Shown one piece after another: positions 1-9,339 of a DNA stretch of 64,000 nt (the stretch's first letter is position 1; every line of letters begins with the position of its first letter). Source of the stretch: Bdellovibrio sp. GTDB lineage: Bacteria > Bdellovibrionota > Bdellovibrionia > Bdellovibrionales > Bdellovibrionaceae. Both the position numbers and the translations under genes were made by a program. The stretch is from contig JAKFCY010000003.1 of assembly GCA_036676395.1 (NCBI GenBank), positions 448,001-512,000 of the forward strand. Reading direction: 5' to 3'. Under the pieces are notes generated by a model. It saw only the letters and a program-made list of their open reading frames with translations. It was not told where the DNA came from and searched no databases.

Positions 1-803
1 TTTTTATCAACATAACCTTTATCGTTTGGATTTAGTTTTAAGCTTGGGCTTGTATTAATCATTTTTTGTAAACCGTCTAAATCTAAGTTTAATAGTTTAT
101 CGAAAAAATTAGTCGTTGTATCCCAAGTATCAACTCTTAATGCTGCGGCCGCCATACGTGTTAAAAAGCGGTCTTTAGCTAAGGTCCATGGGCTGGATTG
201 ATTCAGAGTTAACCAACCACCATTAGCCGATTGCATTTTTTGAAAACGAGAATACATGTCTTTTGCGTTCCACGAAGCATCACCAGTTAAATTACCAATG
301 TTGTTCCAGTCTTCGTTATCAGGATATAAATTAATTAAAGCATTTACACGAGTACAGCCACCGATACCAGCCGCGCGCGGATAATAAATGCTTGGATTAT
401 TTTTTTGAAATTTAGAATTCCAGGTTTCCATGTTTTTATAGAGACTGCTGCCTTGGTAACGGTCGACGAAATAAGACCAGTTTAAAAGTGGATCATCACT
501 GGCTTTAGCATGAAATACTGGAGTCGCAGACATCTTATTTGTACTTTCGCCGCCAGCTTCTAAAAGTAAAACGCGGTAGCCAGATTTTGCAAGTCCACAA
601 GCTAGTGGCCCGCCCCCGGCTCCAGAGCCTACGATAATAAAATCAAAACGATCGTTTTCATCGATCTTCCAATTATTATCTGCAGAAGGCGCACGTGTTA
701 AAGAATCAAATGTTGAACATCCCGTAAACGCAGCGGCCGTAGCAGCAACAGCGGTAGCAGATTGAACAAACTTTCTACGATTGATTTTTTTATTTTTCTT
801 CAT
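1..803 (-). CDS. GMC family FAD oxidoreductase, Tat-exported lipoprotein (partial; continues off the window start)
   Basis: Manual translation from ATG at 803 gives MKKNKKINRRKFVQ...AAAFTGC (twin-Arg motif plus lipobox), then FDFIIVGSGAGGG...VLLLEAG (FAD-binding) and YPRAAGIGGCTRVNA (GMC signature). Not in the ORF track because it has no stop in the window. Confidence 0.85.
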   Translation of the reverse strand, partial: MKKNKKINRRKFVQSATAVAATAAAFTGCSTFDSLTRAPSADNNWKIDENDRFDFIIVGSGAGGGPLACGLAKSGYRVLLLEAGGESTNKMSATPVFHAKASDDPLLNWSYFVDRYQGSSLYKNMETWNSKFQKNNPSIYYPRAAGIGGCTRVNALINLYPDNEDWNNIGNLTGDASWNAKDMYSRFQKMQSANGGWLTLNQSSPWTLAKDRFLTRMAAAALRVDTWDTTTNFFDKLLNLDLDGLQKMINTSPSLKLNPNDKGYVDK

Positions 804-1010
804 CTCTATAGAATAGTGGCCAGGGGCTTCTTTCAAAAGTCCGGATCGCCGACAGCCAGACCAGCGTCTAGTGTGTCAACCCTGGTTCGGTGCAAAAACG
901 GTAAAGTTTTTGTCAATTTGTAAAGAGTGCCGGGGCATAATTCACCATTTATAAGGTCGATAAAGTTATATTTAGCGTAGTGAGCCAAGATTGGCTATAT
1001 TCGCCAACTT

Positions 1011-3035
1011 ATGGCAATTAAAAAACTCTGGCTGAATCTTTCAGTCCAAAAAAAGCTATTTAGCTTAGTCGGCATCATGGCCCTGCTGGTAACTTTGGAG
1101 TTATTTACATTAATTTTTGCTATGAATACTCTTTCAGGAGTTCGCGGGTATGTCGGCGGCGAAGGTGTTTGGTCTAAAGGGCAAAAAACTGCAGTTTATA
1201 ATTTGTTGCAATATCTATTCACGAAACAACCGGAGAACTACGAAAAATTTAAAACGGCGCTCGAGGTGCCTTTAGGTGATCGGGATGTTCGCATTGAATT
1301 ATTAAAAGATACCTATGATGCCAAGATTGTTGATGAAGGTTTTGCTCAGGGACACATTCACGCAAGCGATAGACCTGCAATGATTCGTCTGGTGAGACGT
1401 TTTAAGGATGTGCCAATATTGGCCAAGACCATAGATATTTGGGCCCAAGGTGACGAACAGATCGAAGAGCTCATGTTGCTGGGCGAAACAATTCATCGCG
1501 AAGTTTCGCGCGGAGCAATTAACCAAAACAGACAACATTATTTTATCTTTGCAATTAATCGGCTAGACGACGAACTTTCTCGGCTTGAAACCGAGTTTTC
1601 ATCTACCTTAGGAGACGCTTCGCGCGTTTTAGAAGATGTATTAATGTTTGTTCTAATTTTTGCGATTCTGATTGTTGAATCGACAGGGCTTTATTTAACC
1701 TACCGTGTGGGCCGCAGTCTCACGAATACTTTACGTGAATTAAATGCAGCTGCGATCAAAGTTGGTAATGGTGATTTTTCGCAAAGAGTGCAAGTTCGAT
1801 CGCACGATGAACTTGGGCAATTGTCTGAATCAATAAATAAGATGGTCGAGCGGTTAGAAAATCAAACACAAGAACGCCAACATGCTGAACAAGCAAGTCA
1901 GGCTAAAAATTTATTTCTGGCAAATATGTCGCATGAAATTCGCACGCCCCTAAATGCCATTTTAGGTTTTTCTGAAATTTTACAAGATCAGTACTTAGAA
2001 GAGCCTGATAAAAAGCGCTACGCGGCTATTATTCGCCGTACAGGCGAAAGTTTAAATACAATCATTAATGATATTTTAGACATTTCAAAAATTGAAGCCG
2101 ACCACATTGAATCACAAGAGGCAGCCTTTTCGCTTCCGCAAATGCTTTCAGACTTATATGCCTTATTAAAAATGCGCTGTGATGAAAAAGGCATTCAGCT
2201 TATTTTCGAACGCATTGGTTATGTGTCTGAATACATTGTTTCTGACCAGACAAGACTGCGCCAAATTCTAACGAATTTGATTGGTAATTCAATTAAGTTT
2301 ACCGAAAAAGGTCATGTGATGTTGACCTATGAAGTTCGTGGTTCAATGTTGTTTTTTACCGTCAGTGATACAGGAGCCGGAATCTCTGAAGAACAACGCG
2401 GAAATCTATTCAAAGTTTTTTCTCAGGGTGATAGCTCGGTTAGAAAAAAATATGGCGGTACAGGTTTGGGGCTAAGTATCGCCCAAAAGCTTTCGCAACT
2501 GTTAGGTGGCGATTCGGGATTATTAGACAGCGAAGAAGGTTTAGGAAGTTTATTTTACGTTCAGATAAAATATCAGCCCGCTGAAAAGCCTGTGACTGAA
2601 GAAGCTCCGACAAATACGCCGATTAATACGCGTCTTATAGAGAATAAAAATATTTTAGTTGTTGAAGATTCATTAGATAATCAAATGCTGATTGAATTCT
2701 ATTTAACGAAAAATAAAGCTAACGTCGTGTTTGCCAATAACGGCTTAGAAGGTGTCGAGGCGGCTTTAAAAGGAAACTTCGATTTAATATTAATGGATAT
2801 TCAAATGCCTATTTTAGATGGTTACGCAGCCACCGAAGAATTACGCCGCCAGGGCGTGGCGATTCCAATTATCGCCCTAACTGGCTATGCTATGAAAGAA
2901 GACCAAGATAAGTGTATGCGCGCAGGCTGTAACGAGTTCTTAGCTAAGCCTATTCACAAAGATAAGCTTCTGGCGACTTTGGCAAAATACTTTCAGGCAA
3001 CTAAGCTTAAACAGCGCCCGCTTGATTTCATTTGA
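1011..3035 (+). CDS. Hybrid sensor histidine kinase/response regulator (TM-sensor-TM, HAMP, HisKA, HATPase, REC)
   Basis: FLANMSHEIRTPLN H-box; N, G1 and G2 boxes (NLIGNSIKFT, DTGAGI, GGTGLGL); receiver ILMDIQMP...KP; HAMP DELGQL. Confidence 0.95.
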   Translation: MAIKKLWLNLSVQKKLFSLVGIMALLVTLELFTLIFAMNTLSGVRGYVGGEGVWSKGQKTAVYNLLQYLFTKQPENYEKFKTALEVPLGDRDVRIELLKDTYDAKIVDEGFAQGHIHASDRPAMIRLVRRFKDVPILAKTIDIWAQGDEQIEELMLLGETIHREVSRGAINQNRQHYFIFAINRLDDELSRLETEFSSTLGDASRVLEDVLMFVLIFAILIVESTGLYLTYRVGRSLTNTLRELNAAAIKVGNGDFSQRVQVRSHDELGQLSESINKMVERLENQTQERQHAEQASQAKNLFLANMSHEIRTPLNAILGFSEILQDQYLEEPDKKRYAAIIRRTGESLNTIINDILDISKIEADHIESQEAAFSLPQMLSDLYALLKMRCDEKGIQLIFERIGYVSEYIVSDQTRLRQILTNLIGNSIKFTEKGHVMLTYEVRGSMLFFTVSDTGAGISEEQRGNLFKVFSQGDSSVRKKYGGTGLGLSIAQKLSQLLGGDSGLLDSEEGLGSLFYVQIKYQPAEKPVTEEAPTNTPINTRLIENKNILVVEDSLDNQMLIEFYLTKNKANVVFANNGLEGVEAALKGNFDLILMDIQMPILDGYAATEELRRQGVAIPIIALTGYAMKEDQDKCMRAGCNEFLAKPIHKDKLLATLAKYFQATKLKQRPLDFI

Positions 3036-3044
3036 AACTTTTAA

Positions 3045-3071
3045 AGTTTTGGCTATAGTTAAGCCAAAACT
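3045..3071. terminator. 10-bp inverted repeat after the kinase gene; possible terminator or operator
   Basis: AGTTTTGGCT-N7-AGCCAAAACT, with no strong U-tail. Confidence 0.35.
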
Positions 3072-3082
3072 GAAGGGCACTG

Positions 3083-3880
3083 ATGAAAAAATTTAAATTT
3101 ATTTTAACGTTAGTTTTATGGTCGCAAGTAGCTGCAGCAAATCCTTCAGCACTTTGTGAATCAAATGGGGTTGATGGTTTGGTGCGTTTTTCGAATGGAA
3201 TCACGCCTTCAACTAAAAATACTGTTCAGGTTTTAACTTGGAATGTTTTAAAATTTAAAAGAGAAAATTCTTTTACAAATTTTACGAACCTTTCAAATCA
3301 AGCTGATGTTGCTTTTATTCAAGAGGCCATTCATTCAACCGATCTCCAAAATAAAATTGCTCAAAGTGTATCTATGGATTGGACTTTTTTTAAAAGCTTT
3401 TGTCGTGAGTACGGTGCCAGCGGAGTTCAAACGGGCAGCCGTTTTCCACAGTTGCAAGCAGAGGCAGTTTTAGCACCTGCGGTAGAACCGATCGTGAACA
3501 CTCCTAAAGTAACCGGCTATTCGGTGGTTGAAATTTCTGGACATAAAGTTTTATTAATCAATGTGCATGGTTTGAATGCGAATAAAGGTTTAGATTTTGA
3601 AAAGCATATGGATCAAATTTATAACGTGGCTATAAAATTTGAAGGACCAGTTATTTGGGCCGGAGATTTTAACACATGGAACCCAGTACGCATGGCGTAT
3701 TTAAAAAATAAAGCTCAAGCTTTAGGAATGACTTTGCTTGTGCCTGAAACTGATATTCGTAAATTAAAGCTAGATCACATCTTAGTGCGTGGATTTAAAG
3801 TTAAAGCAGTCAAAATCCTTGATACCTATGTATCATCTGATCATTGGCCAATTATAGCTGAGCTAGAATTTGCTCCATAG
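3083..3880 (+). CDS. Secreted endonuclease/exonuclease/phosphatase (EEP, YafD-like)
   Basis: Signal peptide; TWNV, QEA, AGDFN, LDHI and SDH motifs. Confidence 0.9.
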   Translation: MKKFKFILTLVLWSQVAAANPSALCESNGVDGLVRFSNGITPSTKNTVQVLTWNVLKFKRENSFTNFTNLSNQADVAFIQEAIHSTDLQNKIAQSVSMDWTFFKSFCREYGASGVQTGSRFPQLQAEAVLAPAVEPIVNTPKVTGYSVVEISGHKVLLINVHGLNANKGLDFEKHMDQIYNVAIKFEGPVIWAGDFNTWNPVRMAYLKNKAQALGMTLLVPETDIRKLKLDHILVRGFKVKAVKILDTYVSSDHWPIIAELEFAP

Positions 3881-4382
3881 AATCACTGATAATCAGCATA
3901 TCAAGATGCTCTTGTGAAACTAAACCAGACTTTACGCAATTTTTTAAAAATTCTAAATAATGATCATAAAACCCATTGTGATTTAAAATCGCGATGGGCT
4001 TATCGTGTAATTTAATTTGTCGCCAGGTAATGATTTCATTTAATTCATCCATCGTGCCAAAGCCGCCAGGTAAGGCGATAAAGGCATCAGAGAGTTCCAT
4101 CATTTTTAATTTTCGTTGGTGCATGGTTTCGACCTGATGAAGTTCGGTAATTTTTTCGTGAGCGACTTCAAAGTCAAAAACAAGCTTTGGAATAACCCCG
4201 ACGACGCGTCCGCCCTGGGCTAAGGCGCCGTCAGCCACCTGACCCATTAATCCAACCTTAGCACCACCATAAACCACGCTATGGCCATGTTCAGCGATCA
4301 TTTCGCCGACCTTGTAGGCCATTGGCATTAAGCTAGCGTCATTACCCTTGCGCGAACCACAATAAATACAAATCGACTTCAT
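3852..4382 (-). CDS. LOG family nucleotide 5'-monophosphate phosphoribohydrolase (TIGR00730-like)
   Basis: YGG..GLMG, MHQRK and PGGFGTMDE motifs. Confidence 0.93.
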   Translation of the reverse strand: MKSICIYCGSRKGNDASLMPMAYKVGEMIAEHGHSVVYGGAKVGLMGQVADGALAQGGRVVGVIPKLVFDFEVAHEKITELHQVETMHQRKLKMMELSDAFIALPGGFGTMDELNEIITWRQIKLHDKPIAILNHNGFYDHYLEFLKNCVKSGLVSQEHLDMLIISDSMEQILAQL

Positions 4383-4559
4383 AGGCTCTATTTTGCAGTC
4401 AAAAACCCATTAAGACATCTGCAAAGTGGTTCCACGTCTAGGTTCCAAGTTGGGTTTTACCGGGCAAATTTGCCACAGAGAAAAAATGGCTATTGCGGTT
4501 TTTAGAAGGGATCAGTTATACATCAGCCATCAATTTAACTTTTAACAAAGGAATAAAAA

Positions 4560-4991
4560 ATGAAAACATTATTAGCTTCAATGGTATTTGCTTTTTCAAC
4601 AATCGCAGCTGCAGCAACTTATGAATTACCTAAAAAAAGTACAAACTTATCGTTATTAACTGAAGGCAAAGTTTCAGTAGTAACACATATGCCTAATTGC
4701 CCGAAACCAGCAATGTGCGAACCAGCAGCGATTTTAAAAATTCAATTTACATTAAATGGCTGCATGGACACTTTAGGTCCTGTAACAATCAATCAAGTCG
4801 GCACAACTGCTGACGGCAAAATGAAATTCGTAGTTACAGCTTACAACACAGCTAATGAAGCTTCTACTTACACAAAATGCTTTCGTGCGCCAATTGGTGT
4901 TGCAACTCAAGTTATCGGCTTAGGTTTTTTATCAAACGACAGCGTAGAAGTTGAATTCTCGAACCATTTTGTTCGTACTGAAACTTTATAA
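4560..4991 (+). CDS. Secreted hypothetical protein with 4 Cys
   Basis: Sec signal peptide; AAGGA RBS upstream. Confidence 0.75.
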   Translation: MKTLLASMVFAFSTIAAAATYELPKKSTNLSLLTEGKVSVVTHMPNCPKPAMCEPAAILKIQFTLNGCMDTLGPVTINQVGTTADGKMKFVVTAYNTANEASTYTKCFRAPIGVATQVIGLGFLSNDSVEVEFSNHFVRTETL

Positions 4992-5026
4992 GCTAAGATT
5001 TTAAAGTTAGCCGCAGAACTCACCAC

Positions 5027-5482
5027 CTAGATCAGTGACTGCGGCGCTACAGATTCATTTGTCGGAAGATGAATTTCCATTGAAATATGAGTATTTAAAA
5101 TTTTTCCGACCGGGCAGTTATCTTTTGTAAGGCTTGCGATTTCGTCAATTTCTTTTGGTCGTGCACTGGGTATGCTGGCAACGATACGCAAGTGAATTTG
5201 TGGAATCTTCCAGCCACTTAAAGTTTTATCTAAATGCACCTCGGCAGTAACATCTAGGCGCTCTGGTATATGCCCGCGCTTTTCTAGTTCGCCAGCTAAG
5301 GCCATAGAAAAACAACTTCCATAAGCTGCACCGATTAATTCTTCGGGATTCGTGCCCGGTAATTCTTCGAAGCGTTGCGAATAAGAATAAGAAATATTTT
5401 GTAGCGCTCCACTTTCTGTCGAGATAGTTCCTTTGCCGCGTTTTAAGCCCCCGCGCCAGTGGATAAGTGCTGTTTTTTTCAT
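5027..5482 (-). CDS. osmC: OsmC family peroxiredoxin
   Basis: W.G.LK.GKG, GTNPEELIGAA..SCF and CPV (two catalytic Cys). Confidence 0.92.
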   Translation of the reverse strand: MKKTALIHWRGGLKRGKGTISTESGALQNISYSYSQRFEELPGTNPEELIGAAYGSCFSMALAGELEKRGHIPERLDVTAEVHLDKTLSGWKIPQIHLRIVASIPSARPKEIDEIASLTKDNCPVGKILNTHISMEIHLPTNESVAPQSLI

Positions 5483-5498
5483 ATTTTATTCTCCTTAT

Positions 5499-6170
5499 TT
5501 AAATATAACTTTCGCGCATTTTTGTATTGCGCGCTTTCATAATGTCTAAGACCTCTTGATCAGTAACTTGGGTAAAATCTATATAAAACTGGCTGACGGC
5601 CAGTAACGTTGATGATTGCTGAAAACAAACGATGTCGTCAAATTCGGGCGGATGCGATTGCACTGTCGCATCCGGAGCAATCGGAACCGCTAAAATAATC
5701 TGTTGCGCACCCTTGCTTCGCACGTATTGGGCCGCTACGCGCGCAGTAACTCCCGTGGCAAGGCCATCATCAACAAGGATGATCGTTTTACCGTCAAGCG
5801 CAGGCAGCGGCCTATCATCGCGGTATTTTTTTATCCTGCGTGTAACTTCAAGAGTTTCTTTTTCAACCACTTGCTGAATTTGCTGCGGCTGAATATCAGA
5901 AACGCGAATGGCACCGGGATCTGTCCAGTAGTAACCTTCTTCAGTAATCGCCCCAATGCCATATTCGGGCTGATACGGATGGCCAATTTTTCTAACCACT
6001 AAAATATCCATGGGGATATTTAAGACATTTGCGACTTCAACGGCCACGGGCACTCCGCCACGCGGCAGCGCTAAAATCAAACTATTCATTCGATCCAGTT
6101 TGATTGCTTTTTGTAGATGAGTCGCGAGTAGCCGCCCAGCGTGTTTACGATCTTGAAATATTTTTTTCAT
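5499..6170 (-). CDS. Phosphoribosyltransferase family protein
   Basis: FQDR..AG, LALPRGGVPVA and ILVDDGLATG PRPP loop; start set at MKKIF. Confidence 0.9.
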   Translation of the reverse strand: MKKIFQDRKHAGRLLATHLQKAIKLDRMNSLILALPRGGVPVAVEVANVLNIPMDILVVRKIGHPYQPEYGIGAITEEGYYWTDPGAIRVSDIQPQQIQQVVEKETLEVTRRIKKYRDDRPLPALDGKTIILVDDGLATGVTARVAAQYVRSKGAQQIILAVPIAPDATVQSHPPEFDDIVCFQQSSTLLAVSQFYIDFTQVTDQEVLDIMKARNTKMRESYI

Positions 6171-6202
6171 AGTTTTGGTCCAAACCAACACCAATAAACA
6201 GC

Positions 6203-6233
6203 AAAAAAAAAGCCGAGGTTAATTGCCTCGGCT
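6203..6233 (-). terminator. Rho-independent terminator
   Basis: AGCCGAGG/CCTCGGCT stem with a U-run on the minus strand, downstream of the 6262 ORF. Confidence 0.8.
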
Positions 6234-6261
6234 ATAAATTATTTATTTTTTAACACAGAAC

Positions 6262-6867
6262 CTATCTTGGAAATTTAGTTTCTAAATCTTTGATGAGTTG
6301 TAACCAAGTTTTTTGGTCAGCCAATAAAGTTTGAGTTTCTTCAGCCCAAGCTGGGTATTCAGCGATATCAGTTCTATAACAATTTACATCAGGAGTTTCA
6401 GTGTAAAAGCTATAGTTAGTAGACCAGCAAGCTGGATCCATTATGCCGTTCATAGTTTCTAAGAAATTATTGATCGCTGGTAATTTTTGTCCGCTTAAAT
6501 TAGCTTTCACGTACGGCGCAATCATTTCCGGAAATCCATCAATGCGCACATCACGTTTTAACATAACTTCTGACACTTCTTCTTGATAAAATTCGATTAA
6601 ACCGAATTTTTTAGAAATGATAGTGTATCCCTTAGCCGGATAATCTTTTTTCGGTGAACAATAGTTCTTAATAACGATCATATCAGGGCTTGTGTAAACA
6701 CAGCTCTTGATCGTCGCGAAACCGAAAGCCATTCCAGTTTCAGTGTATTTGAAACTAGTAGCATCGATTGTTGCCATTAAGTCTTTAACTGGTTTTGCTT
6801 CAAGCAATACCGCGTGAGCGTTGATAGATAGAAGACAGATTGTGATAAGTTGGATTAGTGTTTTCAT
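6262..6867 (-). CDS. Secreted hypothetical protein with 4 Cys
   Basis: Signal peptide ending AHA; followed by a terminator. Confidence 0.75.
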   Translation of the reverse strand: MKTLIQLITICLLSINAHAVLLEAKPVKDLMATIDATSFKYTETGMAFGFATIKSCVYTSPDMIVIKNYCSPKKDYPAKGYTIISKKFGLIEFYQEEVSEVMLKRDVRIDGFPEMIAPYVKANLSGQKLPAINNFLETMNGIMDPACWSTNYSFYTETPDVNCYRTDIAEYPAWAEETQTLLADQKTWLQLIKDLETKFPR

Positions 6868-6942
6868 ACTTAAAGCCTAGAACAGCTGTGAATATTGGCA
6901 AGTATAAACAAATAAACAAAAGAAATAGTGCAAAAGCGGAAC

Positions 6943-6971
6943 TAAAGTCGAGGTCTTTTGCCCCGACTTTA
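6943..6971 (-). terminator. Hairpin, probable terminator of the 6995 ORF
   Basis: TAAAGTCG...CGACTTTA inverted repeat. Confidence 0.5.
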
Positions 6972-6994
6972 TAAAACTTAACTCGGTGTAATAA

Positions 6995-7564
6995 TTAAAA
7001 AATATAACCAGCACCAACTAAAATATTAGATGCCGATTCATAGGTGTGAGTCATCGTTTGTAAACCAACATTGAAGGCCATGTGATTTAATTTGTAAATG
7101 CCATCAGCGCGTAGTCCAAAGCCGGTGTTGTTTTCAACATCACGTAAATCAGTTCTTCTTTCAAAAACCATGAATGGGTTAATTACGAAATTTTTATTCA
7201 TATCGTGTGGCATAATATAATACGCACCACCCAGCATAACTTGAGTCGTCTCAACACTTAATTCAGTTCCATCGGCAAAAGATTTTTTGCTGATGGGTTC
7301 TTTTTTATCGGATTCACCAGAATAACCCAAAGAAAAAGCCGTCGCTTGGCCAACAAATAAATTGGCGTTGATGTTAAAATTTCCAGTAATTAAACCACTA
7401 ATTGCAGTTGAGATGTGTCCTGCAGGTTGCATAATTTGCGAAGGAGTTACCGCCGCTAATTGAATTTTTGAAGTCTCAACAGACTGAGCTGTTGAAGCAG
7501 GTTTTTTAGCGTAAGCAGAAACAGATAAAACGATCGTTGCAAAAGCAATTGCGAATACTTTCAT
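6995..7564 (-). CDS. Putative small outer-membrane beta-barrel protein
   Basis: Signal peptide, alternating amphipathic strands, C-terminal VGAGYIF BAM-type signal. Confidence 0.65.
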   Translation of the reverse strand: MKVFAIAFATIVLSVSAYAKKPASTAQSVETSKIQLAAVTPSQIMQPAGHISTAISGLITGNFNINANLFVGQATAFSLGYSGESDKKEPISKKSFADGTELSVETTQVMLGGAYYIMPHDMNKNFVINPFMVFERRTDLRDVENNTGFGLRADGIYKLNHMAFNVGLQTMTHTYESASNILVGAGYIF

Positions 7565-7668
7565 GAAAAATTCCCCTCTATGGTTATTGTTAGTTGATTA
7601 TAGAAAGGTAATTTACGAATGAACAAGAAAGTATTTATTTACAGAAATAAGTGCGCAAATATTGTGCG

Positions 7669-8406
7669 CTATTTTTTTAAAATAAGCATCACACCTAAGA
7701 CATTGCTATTAGCATCGACTGAATAGGTTTTACCAGTGGTTGCTGTGTATGCGGGAGTGCTTGTCCAAGCTTGCCATTTCTGGGCAGCAAAGGCGCCGTA
7801 TTGTAAATTTGAACTGTGGTGATAAAGCGCGCCTAAATACGCCCAACGTTCTTCAGTTGAATGTGAACCATAGTTCAAAGCTAATACATGTTCTGCTTGC
7901 AGAAAAAAACTGGCGATGGGTTTATCTTCGCCTAACCAAAAATAAGTTAGGTTTGGTCGCAGTCGCAGTGATTGGTCAGAATTGAAAAAGTTATATTCAT
8001 AACGAGTTTTAAATTCGAAAGTCCAATTATTACCTAAGCTAAACTTTGGCGAGACATCTAGAATCGCTAAATCTTCACCGCGATCTTCGGTGTTCTTCCA
8101 TTGCCAAACCGCAGATGAATCTTTAAACCAGTCTTCGTTATGACGAAATCCATATTGGCGTTGGTAAAATAATCCTGCGCGTAAGTTATCAAAAAAGCGG
8201 TAATAGCTGCCAAGAAAAATCGTTTTATATTCGCGACCATCAGATTGATCGGCTAACTGGATTTCGCTGAATAAAGTAAATTGTTTTACCGGGTGTAAAT
8301 AACGAAGACGAACTTCACTTTCAGTTGTTGTTTTAATATCGTCAGGAACGTTGCCAACAGCAAGAGCTGTGCTGCTAAAAAATAATATCAGAAAAAATTT
8401 AATCAT
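7669..8406 (-). CDS. DUF2490-like outer-membrane beta-barrel protein
   Basis: Signal peptide; aromatic amphipathic strands; RYEY...LRLRP motif; overlaps the FecR gene stop by 8 bp. Confidence 0.6.
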   Translation of the reverse strand: MIKFFLILFFSSTALAVGNVPDDIKTTTESEVRLRYLHPVKQFTLFSEIQLADQSDGREYKTIFLGSYYRFFDNLRAGLFYQRQYGFRHNEDWFKDSSAVWQWKNTEDRGEDLAILDVSPKFSLGNNWTFEFKTRYEYNFFNSDQSLRLRPNLTYFWLGEDKPIASFFLQAEHVLALNYGSHSTEERWAYLGALYHHSSNLQYGAFAAQKWQAWTSTPAYTATTGKTYSVDANSNVLGVMLILKK

Positions 8407-9037
8407 AATCTTCTTTTAAAAGATTTTCGTATTTAATTTCTACTTCGTTTTCAACTTCACCTTTTGCGGGATCAAGATTCCAATTTAGTTTTTTTGTCCA
8501 AGCATACTTTTTTGGAGGAGTTACATCTTGGCCAACCGGAATAACAACACCTTCACCTTCATTAACCACGACTGATTTTTTACCTTTAGTGCTGGTGACT
8601 TCAACGCTACCTTCGTTCACACACATCCAGACATCAGATTTTTTATCTTCGCTTTGGCCGTAAGAAGTAAAAAATTCTGTACCGCGAACTCCAATAACTG
8701 CAACTGGGGTATGTACTTTAAATTGTTGGTTCGGTTTTTGTTTTGAAACCTTACTAAAGAGTGAACCAGAATTTAGATTAATACTGTTATCATTAGGAAT
8801 TGATAAATCAGTTTTAATGCCTAATTTAAAAGTTGCTCCGTCATCCATGGTGATGATTGCAAAAGATTTTAATCCAGTTTTAATATTATCGCCTGAACTG
8901 ACAACTGTGCCCGGTAGTGCTTTGGTCGTTTTACCTTGAGAAGTAAGACTGACTTCGCCGCGCACATGATTAATTTTACCGGTTGCTGACTCGACGATGA
9001 CAGGAGACATGAGGATGAAAAAAATGTATAAGCGCAT
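8399..9037 (-). CDS. FecR-domain protein
   Basis: GD.IKTG, F.V.TP.AVIGVRGT.F and V.EGSV.V motifs. Confidence 0.9.
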   Translation of the reverse strand: MRLYIFFILMSPVIVESATGKINHVRGEVSLTSQGKTTKALPGTVVSSGDNIKTGLKSFAIITMDDGATFKLGIKTDLSIPNDNSINLNSGSLFSKVSKQKPNQQFKVHTPVAVIGVRGTEFFTSYGQSEDKKSDVWMCVNEGSVEVTSTKGKKSVVVNEGEGVVIPVGQDVTPPKKYAWTKKLNWNLDPAKGEVENEVEIKYENLLKEDYD

Positions 9038-9127
9038 AAGCTAATCACACTCGATTAGCTTTTTAAATACAAGATTGTTTTTGTTTAGCTTTTTTGATCG
9101 TATCAGCTGAGCGGAGCCGAAACATAA

Positions 9128-9217
9128 TGGCGGAAAGTGAGGGATTCGAACCCTCGAGCCCCGCGAAGGGCTGCCAGTTTTCAAGACTGGTGTATTCAAC
9201 CGCTCTACCAACTTTCC
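9128..9217 (-). tRNA. tRNA-Ser(UGA)
   Basis: GGAAAGT/ACTTTCC acceptor stem, CCAGT-CT-TGA-AA-ACTGG anticodon arm, long variable arm, GGTTCGAATCC T-arm, G73 and encoded CCA. Confidence 0.97.
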
Positions 9218-9339
9218 GTCGACTGTTTTATAAAAAATGAGCCTTCGGTTCAATGAGTTTTTCGCAAAACGGCATTTCGATGCGCCGCGCACAAAGTTGG
9301 ATTTGCTACTTAAAGTGACAGCAATGTTAGATTCAGAGC

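Noticed and set aside
937..963. sigma28-like GTCGATAA upstream of the hybrid kinase
   Set aside because: The -10 element is good, but no convincing -35 at 15-bp spacing; too weak to call.
3049..3065. GG-N10-GC upstream of the EEP gene as a sigma54 promoter
   Set aside because: The -12 element is AAGC rather than TTGC, and the match is explained by the inverted repeat.
4428..4443. parS-like GTTCCACGT (also TGTTTCACG near 32305)
   Set aside because: Only half-sites; the second half of the parS palindrome is missing.
9041..9292. 83-aa ORF
   Set aside because: It overlies tRNA-Ser on the same strand; the translation is a tRNA shadow.
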